NCBI GenBank assembly: GCA_964514235.1
Contig: CAZEPV010000009.1
Coordinates: 1-24,000, forward strand
Direction of reading: 5' to 3'
DNA length: 24,000 bases
Origin: an uncultured Syntrophomonadaceae bacterium
Lineage (GTDB): Bacteria; Bacillota; Syntrophomonadia; Syntrophomonadales; Syntrophomonadaceae
Part shown: positions 7,517 through 16,308 of the stretch, piece after piece
Position numbering within the stretch: position 1 is the stretch's first letter
How the letters are laid out: each line of letters starts with the position of its first letter
The notes under the pieces: model-generated
Database searches by the model: none
The model's input: the letters and a program-made list of their open reading frames with translations, nothing else
What the model was told of the DNA's origin: nothing
Position numbers and translations under genes: made by a program

Positions 7517-7553
7517 GCCTGCGGGGATATAAAAACCCCTGCGGGCTTTTTTG
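7517..7553 (+). terminator. Rho-independent terminator downstream of ssrA
   Basis: GCCUGCGGGG (7517-7526) pairs with CCCCUGCGGGC (7536-7546), giving 10 bp with one bulged U and one G.U, followed by UUUUUU. Confidence 0.85.
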
Positions 7554-7851
7554 TATGTTAGGCAAGTGTGGATAATAGTAAAAGAACAGGAAGATAGACA
7601 TGATATGATACCCCCAAAGTAGACACTTTAATTAATTAAAATTAGGAAGGTAAAAAAATACCCAAACAATTTACGAAACGATTTGGGAAAGATGCCTTAC
7701 TTTGGGCCTTTGTTTTTCAATAAGATCTTTAACTGGTTTTTATTGTTTTCTCCGTAGTATATAATATTCCAATTCATAAATAAATTAAGGGTGTATTTTA
7801 ATGGGTGTCCTATGCACTGCTTATACTAACCCCAAAATAGCCCGCTTAAGT

Positions 7852-7876
7852 GGACGGAGTGACTCTCCATCCAACC
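7852..7876 (+). repeat. Degenerate direct copy of the tmRNA 3' end (candidate relic attR)
   Basis: GGACGG-AGT-GACTCTCC-AT-CCAACC aligns with the tmRNA segment GGACGGGAGTTCGACTCTCCCCGCCTCCACCA (7406-7437). It shares collinear 6-mer, 3-mer and 8-mer blocks in the same orientation. Confidence 0.5.
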
Positions 7877-7949
7877 CCTTTTAGACAGACCAATATTTAC
7901 AAAAAAGAATGATAGTAACCCTACCCAAAAGAATTAATGTAAAGTAGGC

Positions 7950-7978
7950 TTGACAATTTAATTGTAAATACTTATATT
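7950..7978 (+). promoter_or_regulatory. SigA-type promoter of the XRE/membrane-protein operon
   Basis: TTGACA (7950-7955), a 17-nt spacer, then TATATT (7973-7978). The -35 region overlaps a small dyad ACAATT-T-AATTGT (7953-7965). Confidence 0.75.
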
Positions 7979-7980
7979 TT

Positions 7981-8000
7981 AAGTAAAGCTAGCTTTACTT
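7981..8000 (+). promoter_or_regulatory. Perfect 20-bp palindrome, candidate operator (or 5'-UTR hairpin)
   Basis: AAGTAAAGCT|AGCTTTACTT is perfectly self-complementary. It lies between the -10 box and the RBS AGGTGGTG (8003-8010) of the XRE gene. Confidence 0.6.
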
Positions 8001-8015
8001 TTAGGTGGTGTTATA

Positions 8016-8222
8016 GTGAGAAATCGATTAAAAGAGCTAAGAGAGCAATTTAGTCTCACCCAGGAGGATTTAGCAGGTAAAGTAGGGGTTTCTAGGCAAA
8101 CTATTATATCCTTGGAGAAAGGGAGGTACAGCCCCTCACTCCTTTTAGCCTTTAAACTCGCTAAGGTCTTTAATCTCCCCATAGAGGAGGTCTTTATTTT
8201 TGAAATAAGAAAGGAAGATTAG
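8016..8222 (+). CDS. Small XRE-family HTH transcriptional regulator
   Basis: 68 aa. LKELREQFSLTQEDLAGKVGVSRQTIISLEKGRYSPSLLLAFKLAKVF is a classic HTH_3 (Cro/C1-type) domain. The start is GTG with a strong RBS. Confidence 0.9.
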   Translation: MRNRLKELREQFSLTQEDLAGKVGVSRQTIISLEKGRYSPSLLLAFKLAKVFNLPIEEVFIFEIRKED

Positions 8223-8223
8223 T

Positions 8224-8622
8224 ATGGACAGCAAAAAAAGATATCTATATATGGTGATAACCCTGGCCATTTTATTAGGCATAGGAATTTGGAACATTCA
8301 AAATGGTAAGATTGCTTTTGGAGCCAGTTTAATGGGGGCTGCCCTAGGTGTAGGAATTATGCGCTATATTAAAGAAAAGCGTTTGGCAAAATTAAGGGCT
8401 AAGGGACTTGAACCACGCGATGAGCGTGCTATGCATGTAGCAGGATTAGCATCTACTATGACTCTTAATATCACTATCTTTTTAATTGCGATAATAATAC
8501 TATTAGGTATGATAATTGGCCCAGAAATAATGGTTAATCCTTATGATTTATTAGGTTTTTGCTTGGCTGCTATTGTTCTGGTATATATTGTGGCCTTCTA
8601 TTTCTATAATCGGCAAAGCTAG
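8224..8622 (+). CDS. Small integral membrane protein (about 4 TM helices), partner of the XRE regulator; tentatively DUF2178-like
   Basis: Starts 1 nt after the XRE stop. Four hydrophobic segments are visible (YLYMVITLAILLGIGIW, FGASLMGAALGVGIM, LNITIFLIAIIILLGMIIG, LLGFCLAAIVLVYIVAFYF). The family assignment is from memory of the common XRE plus DUF2178 gene pairing. Confidence 0.7.
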   Translation: MDSKKRYLYMVITLAILLGIGIWNIQNGKIAFGASLMGAALGVGIMRYIKEKRLAKLRAKGLEPRDERAMHVAGLASTMTLNITIFLIAIIILLGMIIGPEIMVNPYDLLGFCLAAIVLVYIVAFYFYNRQS

Positions 8623-8766
8623 GTAACTGCCATGAGAAATAGTAAAAAATATTTCCCCCGCCCTTAAATATGGGGAAGATGTCCTTTTTGCTTTAGGACA
8701 AGTTGGCATCGGGGCTATTTTTCTAGATAGTGCTGATACTGTTTATGGGTAATTTTACTGCTAATA

Positions 8767-8811
8767 GGGGCTTTAATAATTATGACCATAACTATTAAAG
8801 CCCTTGTTTTT
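8767..8811 (+). terminator. Rho-independent terminator of the XRE operon
   Basis: GGGCTTTAATA (8768-8778) pairs with TATTAAAGCCC (8793-8803), followed by TTGTTTTT. Confidence 0.75.
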
Positions 8812-8855
8812 GTGAACGATCTTAGCCAGGCAGTACAAAGATTAAAAATTGCAAT

Positions 8856-9536
8856 CTAGTCAGTGCATTTTGTAATAGGATTATGCACACTGTCACCATA
8901 TGGTAATAAGAATTCCCTTATACCACTGGAATAGGGGGCTATATCATATTGTTGATAATATACTACCAAACCCTCTGGCCTACAATAAAAACTATTCTCA
9001 TTAAAATTCTGTTCTGCTAATTCTTCATAATTATCGAAATAAATATCGGGGTTTTTCTTAACCTCCTCGATTACTTGCTGGACGATATATGTTTTATAAT
9101 CAAATGAAGGGGCAAATAGCTCCTTAAGTTCAAGCATTTCACCGATTTGTAAGTTCCAAGTCTGTGAAGATCTATTAGTTAAACCGTGGGCTCCACCAGT
9201 ATATTCATAATTATCAAAGTACAAGCTAATTATACAAGCCTTATTAAAGGTGAGCTTAAAAGTCTGCAAGGCTTCAAATACCCGAATGGGGAAACCGTTT
9301 TCGATATCATCTAGGTACTGATCAACTGCCATTTGATATAGCTTAGTGCGTAAATAAGTCCTTAGTTCAAAAGCCTTATCTCTATAAAATTGATTTATAT
9401 CTTTAATATGTTCCTTATAGACAAGGGCCTTAAATTCTGGATACTCTATCCTGTATTTTAAAACCGTAACCCCATCATATTTCATTTCCTCGGTAATTAC
9501 TTTTTTGTTATAGTTTACCGCCTTTTTCAATTTCAT
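8856..9536 (-). CDS. DUF3298/DUF4163-like protein (RsiV/PdaC C-terminal-domain family), no signal peptide evident
   Basis: IEYPEF...INQFY...YEYTGGAHG...YDIAPYSSG blocks are typical of DUF4163+DUF3298. The track start at 9608 is a TTG inside the selO 3' end with no RBS. GAGGTG lies at 9542-9537, so the start is ATG 9536 or TTG 9530. Confidence 0.75.
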   Translation of the reverse strand: MKLKKAVNYNKKVITEEMKYDGVTVLKYRIEYPEFKALVYKEHIKDINQFYRDKAFELRTYLRTKLYQMAVDQYLDDIENGFPIRVFEALQTFKLTFNKACIISLYFDNYEYTGGAHGLTNRSSQTWNLQIGEMLELKELFAPSFDYKTYIVQQVIEEVKKNPDIYFDNYEELAEQNFNENSFYCRPEGLVVYYQQYDIAPYSSGIREFLLPYGDSVHNPITKCTD

Positions 9537-9595
9537 CACCTCATCATAATATATGAAAAAGTATGATTTTTGGTGATAGTTTTCCCTACTATTTA

Positions 9596-11068
9596 CTAGG
9601 TTCCACAAAAGGTTTGATATGGAATTAGGGACGGTTCAGGTAAAATACTATATTCGTCTTGTTCTGCTGCATAAGCAAATGGTGCCGAAAGTGCATTTAT
9701 AAGACGGTGCGCAATTGCCAAATCACCATCTACCACAGCACCCTCAAGTGCCTCTTCCACCCTATGATTACGGGGTATTATAGCTGGATTAGTTTTGCGC
9801 ATTAGTATCTGCACAGCATCTTGGGGACTGTTTTGCCTAGCTAATCTAGTTTGCCATGCCTTATGCCATTCACGAAATTCCGCCTCATCGTATATCCTAG
9901 TTGCCTTTATTTCCCCCAAAGTTAAGCTGCGAAATGTATTGGTATAATCCTCTTCATGTTTTTCCATTATAGCCAGCAAATCCTTTATAAGGGTTTCATC
10001 TGTGGCATCTTCCCCAAAAAGTCCTAATTTGGCCCGCATTCCGGCTGACCAATTGCAGGCATACAAATTATCATATTCCACCAGGGCTTTTTCGGCTATT
10101 TCCACTGCTCGGTCTATATTTTCGTCTAATAGCGGTAATAGGGTCTCGGCAAATCTAGCTAAATTCCATTTACCTATAATAGGTTGGTTTTCGTAGGCAT
10201 AGCGCCCTTGGAGATCAATAGAAGAAAATACTGTTGCGGAGTGGTAAGTGTCCATAAAGGCACAGGGCCCATAATCAATAGTCTCCCCACTTATCAGCAT
10301 ATTGTCGGTATTCATTACCCCATGAATAAAGCCTACTAACATCCATTTAGCAATTAGTCTAGCTTGACCCTCTACTACTTCTTGTAGAAATAATAAATAT
10401 TTATTTTCGGCCGAGCAAATTGCTGGAAAATGTCTTTCTATAGTATAATCGGCCAAAATTTTAAGTTCCTCTACTGTGCCCCACTGGGCAATATATTGGA
10501 AAGTGCCTACCCGAATATGGCTGGATGCTACTCGGGTAAGGATAGCCCCTGGCAAAATATCTTCCCTGTAAACCTTTTCCCCAGTCCTTACAAGGGCTAG
10601 ACTTCTAGTAGTTGGTATATTAAGGCCATGCATAGCCTCACTTATTATATATTCCCTCAGCATAGGCCCAAGGCTGGCCCTGCCATCACCCCCACGGGAA
10701 TAGGGAGTCCTACCCGAACCCTTTAACTGGATATCGTACTTTTTATCCCTAGGAGTTATTTGTTCACCGAGTAAAATGGCCCGCCCATCTCCCAACTTGG
10801 TAAAATGGCCAAATTGGTGGCCCGCATAAGCCTGAGCCAATGGTATTCCACCTTCCGGGATTTTATTGCCAGCGAATATATTGACCCCATCTGAGCTTTT
10901 TAATAATTTAGACTTCAGCCCTAAGTATTCAGCCAAAGGTTCATTTAATATTACTAACTCTGGTGAAATAACTGGAACCGGTTTTAATTGGGCAAAAAAC
11001 ACATCTGGTAAAGCTGCATAAGAATTTTCCAACTTCCAGTCCGATGTTTTTAATAGTTTATTGGTCAT
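9596..11068 (-). CDS. selO: Protein adenylyltransferase SelO (YdiU/UPF0061 pseudokinase-fold AMPylase)
   Basis: 490 aa with [36 protein letters not shown] and [23 protein letters not shown] motifs. It ends ...TFCGT, placing Cys at the antepenultimate residue. RBS AAGGAG lies 5 nt upstream. Confidence 0.9.
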   Translation of the reverse strand: MTNKLLKTSDWKLENSYAALPDVFFAQLKPVPVISPELVILNEPLAEYLGLKSKLLKSSDGVNIFAGNKIPEGGIPLAQAYAGHQFGHFTKLGDGRAILLGEQITPRDKKYDIQLKGSGRTPYSRGGDGRASLGPMLREYIISEAMHGLNIPTTRSLALVRTGEKVYREDILPGAILTRVASSHIRVGTFQYIAQWGTVEELKILADYTIERHFPAICSAENKYLLFLQEVVEGQARLIAKWMLVGFIHGVMNTDNMLISGETIDYGPCAFMDTYHSATVFSSIDLQGRYAYENQPIIGKWNLARFAETLLPLLDENIDRAVEIAEKALVEYDNLYACNWSAGMRAKLGLFGEDATDETLIKDLLAIMEKHEEDYTNTFRSLTLGEIKATRIYDEAEFREWHKAWQTRLARQNSPQDAVQILMRKTNPAIIPRNHRVEEALEGAVVDGDLAIAHRLINALSAPFAYAAEQDEYSILPEPSLIPYQTFCGT

Positions 11069-11145
11069 TTTAACTCCTTAATATGATTCAATATCACTTC
11101 TTATAAAACTATGTTCTGCTGGAGATAGATTTATTATTCCTTCTA

Positions 11146-11188
11146 TTATTAAAAAGGGTAATCCTAGTCATATGACAGATTACCCTTT
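11146..11188 (-). terminator. Rho-independent terminator after the crotonase gene
   Basis: The minus strand reads AAGGGUAAUC-loop-GAUUACCCUU (plus-strand 11154-11163 / 11178-11187), followed by UUUUUAA. Confidence 0.75.
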
Positions 11189-11212
11189 AATAAAATTTAT
11201 GCTTTTTTTGTG

Positions 11213-12001
11213 CTAGCGCCCCTTAAATACAGCTTCCCGCCTTTCTACAAATGCTTGTACACCTTCAGCTGCATCTTCGCTTGACATTAATGGTTGCATA
11301 TCGGGCAATAGCAATTCTATCGCTTTTCTGGCCCCATCTACCCTAGCGATACGGGCTGACCTTAAAGCAGCTTGCACCGCCAAAGGCGCTGCTTTGGCAA
11401 TTCGACTAGCCATTTCAATAGCCTTATCTAATTGTTCACCTGGTTCAGTTACCGCTTGCACTAGACCTAAGCGATAAGCCTCTGCAGCACTCATTTCGTC
11501 ACCAGTTAAAATATATTGCATGGCATTGGCCCAGCCAATTTCCTCAAACATGCGGACTGTTGCCCCACCCACTGGATAAATACCCCGCTGTACTTCTAGT
11601 TGGGATAATCTTAAATCAGAAGCAGCAACTCTGACATCTGTAGTAAGCAGTAACTCAATTCCATAAGTGTAGCACAGACCTTGAACCGCCATAACTAGTG
11701 GTTTTTTAAGCCTACGATCCTCATCTAGTCCAAAAGGATCGATATGGTCATCGGGCATGTCGGGGAATTTACCCTCAGCAAATACTGGTGCCCATTGGAC
11801 TAAATCTAGTCCAGAAGTAAAGTGTTTACCATGGGCAAACAAAACCCCGCATCTTAACTCTGGATTATTATGTAATTCCCCTAATGCCTGAGCTAAACCC
11901 CAATACATATCCAAGTCAAGGGCATTAAGTTTATCCGCACGATTAAGTCCGATGAGGAGTAGATGACCCTGCTTTTCTACTGAAATTTTCTGTTCACTCA
12001 T
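11213..12001 (-). CDS. Enoyl-CoA hydratase/isomerase (crotonase) family protein
   Basis: 262 aa with the crotonase-fold signature LLLIGLNRADKLNALD...FTSGLDL...YGIELLLTTDVRVA. RBS is GGGGGA. Confidence 0.85.
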   Translation of the reverse strand: MSEQKISVEKQGHLLLIGLNRADKLNALDLDMYWGLAQALGELHNNPELRCGVLFAHGKHFTSGLDLVQWAPVFAEGKFPDMPDDHIDPFGLDEDRRLKKPLVMAVQGLCYTYGIELLLTTDVRVAASDLRLSQLEVQRGIYPVGGATVRMFEEIGWANAMQYILTGDEMSAAEAYRLGLVQAVTEPGEQLDKAIEMASRIAKAAPLAVQAALRSARIARVDGARKAIELLLPDMQPLMSSEDAAEGVQAFVERREAVFKGR

Positions 12002-12093
12002 TTTTTTTCCCCCTTAAATATTTTGTTATTAAACATTATAACAATTAATCAAAGCTAATTCATGAGTAAACCTTCCAAAAATTTGTATAAATA

Positions 12094-13911
12094 TTATTCA
12101 CCCTCATATAATTCTGCAATATCGTCTTTAAACTTGTCTATTATAACTTTACGCTTTAGTTTTAGGGTAGGAGTTAACTCACCATTTTCTTGCGTAAATT
12201 CTTGGGGCATAAGCTTGAATTTTTTTATCTGTTCAACCCGACTAAAGTTTTGATTTAATTCATTTATTATTTCCTCATATTTTGCTATAACCTCAGCACT
12301 TGACACTAAATCTGGGGCACTTAAATCAGTTAACCCTTCAGCACTAGCCCATTCTTTAAGTGCCTCGAAGTCTGGTACAATCAAAGCTACGATATATTTT
12401 TTTCCATCCCCTAATACTGCAATTTGTTCAATAAGCGAATGGGAAGCAAAAGTATTTTCTAGGACTTGGGGAGCTACGTTTTTACCGCCAGCTGTAATAA
12501 TTATATCCTTTTTCCTATCTGTAATTTTGAGATAGCCTTCATCATCTAAAACTCCTATATCACCCGTTTTAAGCCAGCCGTCTTCTGTAAACATTTCTTT
12601 AGTATCTTCGGGCTTATTTAAATAACCGATCATCACCCCAGGGCTTTTTGCGAGTATTTCCCCATCTTCAGCTATTTTAATATTTGCACCAGGGAAAGGT
12701 GCTATCCAACCATCTGATTTAATGGGCAATATGGAAGGATCGCCATCAACATTAAGGGTAGGGGCAGTTTCAGTTAAGCCGTAGCCTTTCCTAATCTGCA
12801 TATTAAGTCCCCAGAAAAAATCGTGTATTTCTGGTAAAAGTGGAGCACCTGCCGATCCAAATACTCGCGTCTTCTCCAAGCCTAAAGTCTCTTTTAATTT
12901 GGAATAAAGCAATTTATCAAAAACCTTGTATTTTAAATTAAGATCTAAAGGTAACTTTTTATTAGCCATAAAATAAGGGGCTGCTTCACGCCCTACTTGA
13001 ACCGCTTTGGCAAATATCTTTTGTTTATTTGCGGGGGCATTAGCCACACTATTGTGTATGCCATTGTAAAGTTTCTCAAAAACTCGAGGGACGAAAATAC
13101 CTATAGTCGGCCTAATCTCTACTAAATCTTCGGCAAAGTAGTCCGTTCCCCTAGAATAGGCAATAGTGCCTCCTGCAATTATAAAGGCATAGTAACTCAT
13201 GGTCCTTTCTACTGAATGAGCTAATGGTAAGAGAGATAAGAGGGTGTCATCTTCCTGCAACAATTCTATACGTTGGAAAGTAGTGGCGATATACATAATA
13301 TTGGAATGGCTGAGCATTACCCCCTTAGGTTGTCCCGTAGTACCAGAGGAATAAATTAAGGTCATTAAGTCAGCAGGGTTAATAGCTGCTATCCTAGACG
13401 CTATTTCATCTAAATGCAGATTATTTTGCCCCTCCTTTATCGCGTCACTAAATTTTATTACCATATCATCACTGTAATCAAGCTCCTTAAAAACAATGAT
13501 CTTTTGTAAATCTGGCAGATTAGCCCTTTGGGCCAAAACATTATCAACCTGAAATTCCTCTTCACAAAAACATACTTTCGAATTCGTATCTTGGAGAATA
13601 AAGGCAGCCTCTGGAGCAGAATTAGTTGGGTATATTGTAGCATTAGCTGCTCCAGTAGATAGACTAGCATAATCAGCTACTACCCATTCGGGCCTATTTT
13701 GCGAATAAATAGATACAATATCCCCCTTTTGAATGCCTAAGTCTACTAAATATGAGGCCAAAGCATCCACTTGTGAATTTACTTGATTCCAAGAGTACTC
13801 TACCCAACCGCCATCAAGCCTAGCCTTAAGAAAAGCTCGATCTCGATAAATGTTTACTGCATCTCGGAAGATATCCAAGACTGTATCCGTCTTATAATCA
13901 TATTTCTTCAT
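12094..13911 (-). CDS. Long-chain fatty-acid--CoA ligase (AMP-forming acyl-CoA synthetase)
   Basis: AMP-binding motifs IYSSGTTGQPKGVMLSH, GYGLTET and GWLKTGDIG...ITDRKKD. ATG 13911 has GGGGGT 7 nt upstream, so it is preferred over the track start at 13941. Confidence 0.9.
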   Translation of the reverse strand: MKKYDYKTDTVLDIFRDAVNIYRDRAFLKARLDGGWVEYSWNQVNSQVDALASYLVDLGIQKGDIVSIYSQNRPEWVVADYASLSTGAANATIYPTNSAPEAAFILQDTNSKVCFCEEEFQVDNVLAQRANLPDLQKIIVFKELDYSDDMVIKFSDAIKEGQNNLHLDEIASRIAAINPADLMTLIYSSGTTGQPKGVMLSHSNIMYIATTFQRIELLQEDDTLLSLLPLAHSVERTMSYYAFIIAGGTIAYSRGTDYFAEDLVEIRPTIGIFVPRVFEKLYNGIHNSVANAPANKQKIFAKAVQVGREAAPYFMANKKLPLDLNLKYKVFDKLLYSKLKETLGLEKTRVFGSAGAPLLPEIHDFFWGLNMQIRKGYGLTETAPTLNVDGDPSILPIKSDGWIAPFPGANIKIAEDGEILAKSPGVMIGYLNKPEDTKEMFTEDGWLKTGDIGVLDDEGYLKITDRKKDIIITAGGKNVAPQVLENTFASHSLIEQIAVLGDGKKYIVALIVPDFEALKEWASAEGLTDLSAPDLVSSAEVIAKYEEIINELNQNFSRVEQIKKFKLMPQEFTQENGELTPTLKLKRKVIIDKFKDDIAELYEGE

Positions 13912-14046
13912 ATGCCGACCCCCAAAACTTTTATTTGCCATTACATTTAGACATTTATTTCGACATATAACAATATTATTCCTCCCCGTAATATACCAAT
14001 GTGGTTATTTCCGCTGGTAAATTTCGCTATGCCAAATTTTCGGCAG

Positions 14047-14092
14047 AATAAAACCTTAGCCTTTCTACAGTTTGTTAAAATAGACTAAGGTT
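14047..14092 (-). terminator. Possible terminator after rnr
   Basis: AACCTTAG (14052-14059) pairs with CTAAGGTT (14085-14092), with an inner TCTA/TAGA extension. On the minus strand UUUUAUU follows. The loop is large, so this is a weak call. Confidence 0.4.
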
Positions 14093-14127
14093 AGAACCCA
14101 ATCTGGGATAATTTTAATTTTTGTTAA

Positions 14128-16242
14128 TTATATTAATTCAAAATCTATTTTCGCATCATCCGTATCTACCCTTACTAATTGAACCTTTACTTGATCACCA
14201 ATAGAAAACTTACGGCCCCCATGATTACCAACTAGGGTATAATTTTGTTCATTAAAGTGGTAATAATCATCTATAATACTTGAAATGTGTACTAACCCTT
14301 CCACCGTATTATCTAACTCCACAAAAAAGCCAAAAGATTGCACTGAAGATATACGCCCCACAAACTCCTCCCCGACAAATTGAGACATATATTGGGCTTT
14401 TTTAATATCTACTAACTCCCGTTCAGCCTCCTCAGCTTTCATTTCCTGTTGGGTAACATGTTCACCGATAGCTACCATTTTCTTAGCCAGGTTGGCCCTT
14501 TTATCAGTCGATAAATTACCTTCCAACATTAGGCTTAATACACGATGTACCATTAAGTCTGGATATCTACGAATCGGACTTGTAAAATGGCAATAGTATT
14601 TAGATGCCAGCCCAAAATGGCCTAAAGCCTGAGGCACATAACGGGCATGTTTCATGGAACGCAGCAGGATTAAAGATAGTAACTGTTCCTCGGGTTTATT
14701 TTTAATATTGGCCAAGATTTTCTGATAAATTCTAGGTTCAACTTTGTCACCCGAAATTTTATAACCAAATACCCCCAGGACCCTATTAACTTTACCTAAT
14801 GCTTCATCCTCTGGCTTCCCATGCACCCGATATAATATGGGTATTTCTTGCCAATACATATGCTGGGCCACAGTTTCATTCGCTTTAATCATGAAATCTT
14901 CAATTATCATTTCCCCGGCTCCCCTACTTAGCTTTTGGATTTCAATCGGGAAGCTATCTTCATCCACAATAACCTTAGATTCAGGAAAATCAAATTCTAA
15001 GGCCCCACGTTGCAGCCTTTCCCGCCGAATAATATTAGCCAACTCCTGCATTAAATAGAAATCTTCTGCCAAGTCTTTATACTTCGACTTGGTTCTTTTA
15101 TCCTTATCGGTAATTATTTTATTGACATCGGTATAAGTCATACGCTGATCGACATTGATTACCGATTTGCACAAATCATACTTTAGAACCCGTCCTTTTT
15201 CATCTATATCCATAAGGCAACTTATAGCCAGCCTATCTTGCCCAGCATTAAGACTACAAATATCATTAGATAACTCCTTAGGTAACATAGGTAATACCTG
15301 GTCAATTAAATAAACACTGGTACCCCGAGCTAAGGCTTCCTTATCCAACCTGCTGCCTTCTGTAACATAATGTGAAACATCTGCTATATGGACCCCTAAA
15401 CGATAACCCGCTTTAATCTTTTCGATGGAAACCGCATCATCCAAGTCCTTAGCATCTTCCCCATCTATAGTAACCATTCGTAGCTTCCGCAAATCTTTTC
15501 TATAATTCATTTGCGCCATATCAATAGGTCCTAGAGCTTCCTTAGCCTCATTAATTACGGCTTCGGTAAATATATTTCTTAAGCCATGTTTTTTAATGAC
15601 GATTATTAGATCTAGTCCTGGTTCACCTTTGCGCCCGAAAACCTCCACTATTTTGCCTTCAGGATTTCTGTCCTTTGTAGGCCAAGAGGTTATGCTAACC
15701 AAGACCTTGTCGCCATTATTAACCTTAAGCTTTTTAGATACCTTAACAAAGATTGGATATATCTGTCTTTCATCATCAGGGATAACTTGGTTGGCGTGTC
15801 TACCTCTTTCAAAAGTCCCGACTAGTTCTTTGTTAGATCGTTTGATTACTCGAATTACCTTACCTTCGGGGCGCTCGGAATCCGACTCCACCCTAGTATA
15901 ATTTTTTCTCACCATAACCCTATCATTATGCATAGCCCCATTAAGATTACTGCCGTATACGAATACTTCGGAATCCCTCCCTTCATCTGGAAGGAAAATT
16001 CCATATCCTCTTTTACTCAAACGGATTGTCCCCCGAGCTAAATTCATCATTTCGGGTAAACCGTATTTATTCTTGCGAGTTTGTACTATCTCGCCTTCCT
16101 TTTCTAACCTACCGATTACCTTACTGAATTTAATTTCTTCCTCTACCTCAAATATCTCAAAGACATCTAGAAGTTCCCTGTAACTCAAGGGCCGGTAAGT
16201 TGCTTGCTGCATATGTTCCATTATTTTTTCCTTAGTTATCAT
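14128..16242 (-). CDS. rnr: Ribonuclease R
   Basis: RNB catalytic motifs (VTIDGEDAKDLDDAVS, HFGLASKYYCHFTSPIRRYPDLMVHR) and a C-terminal S1 domain (GRISSVQSFGFFVEL). ATG 16242 has AAGGGGGA 7 nt upstream, whereas the track start at 16296 has no RBS. Confidence 0.95.
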   Translation of the reverse strand: MITKEKIMEHMQQATYRPLSYRELLDVFEIFEVEEEIKFSKVIGRLEKEGEIVQTRKNKYGLPEMMNLARGTIRLSKRGYGIFLPDEGRDSEVFVYGSNLNGAMHNDRVMVRKNYTRVESDSERPEGKVIRVIKRSNKELVGTFERGRHANQVIPDDERQIYPIFVKVSKKLKVNNGDKVLVSITSWPTKDRNPEGKIVEVFGRKGEPGLDLIIVIKKHGLRNIFTEAVINEAKEALGPIDMAQMNYRKDLRKLRMVTIDGEDAKDLDDAVSIEKIKAGYRLGVHIADVSHYVTEGSRLDKEALARGTSVYLIDQVLPMLPKELSNDICSLNAGQDRLAISCLMDIDEKGRVLKYDLCKSVINVDQRMTYTDVNKIITDKDKRTKSKYKDLAEDFYLMQELANIIRRERLQRGALEFDFPESKVIVDEDSFPIEIQKLSRGAGEMIIEDFMIKANETVAQHMYWQEIPILYRVHGKPEDEALGKVNRVLGVFGYKISGDKVEPRIYQKILANIKNKPEEQLLSLILLRSMKHARYVPQALGHFGLASKYYCHFTSPIRRYPDLMVHRVLSLMLEGNLSTDKRANLAKKMVAIGEHVTQQEMKAEEAERELVDIKKAQYMSQFVGEEFVGRISSVQSFGFFVELDNTVEGLVHISSIIDDYYHFNEQNYTLVGNHGGRKFSIGDQVKVQLVRVDTDDAKIDFELI

Positions 16243-16308
16243 AGAAAAATCCCCCTTAAAAGGTAGAATAGCTATACTTTTATTATTACCAGCCAAACTA
16301 AGTCTAGT

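Noticed and set aside
7692-7757. 21-aa hydrophobic mini-ORF (MPYFGPLFFNKIFNWFLLFSP) in the ssrA-XRE spacer
   Set aside because: There is no spacing between the purine-rich stretch and the ATG, no conservation evidence, and chance ORFs are expected in AT-rich DNA.
8636-8752. Open frame without a start codon (..EDVLFALGQVGIGAIFLDSADTVYG*) between the membrane-protein gene and its terminator, considered as a gene remnant
   Set aside because: It has no start codon or RBS, spans only ~38 codons and has no recognisable motif. It may be a decayed fragment, but the evidence is insufficient to call a pseudogene.
9537-9608. N-terminal extensions in the ORF track (9537-9608, 13912-13941, 16243-16296, 21363-21383, 6285-6314, 5032-5046)
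   Set aside because: The longest-ORF starts lack Shine-Dalgarno sequences, and several are TTG or GTG inside the upstream gene. In each case a downstream ATG has a GGAGG-like RBS at 5-11 nt and yields the canonical family N-terminus.
9596-11068. Functional link between selO and the selenium operon 4.5 kb away
   Set aside because: Bacterial SelO is a Cys-type AMPylase named after a eukaryotic selenoprotein. Three unrelated transcription units and the tmRNA locus lie between them, so the proximity is most simply coincidence.
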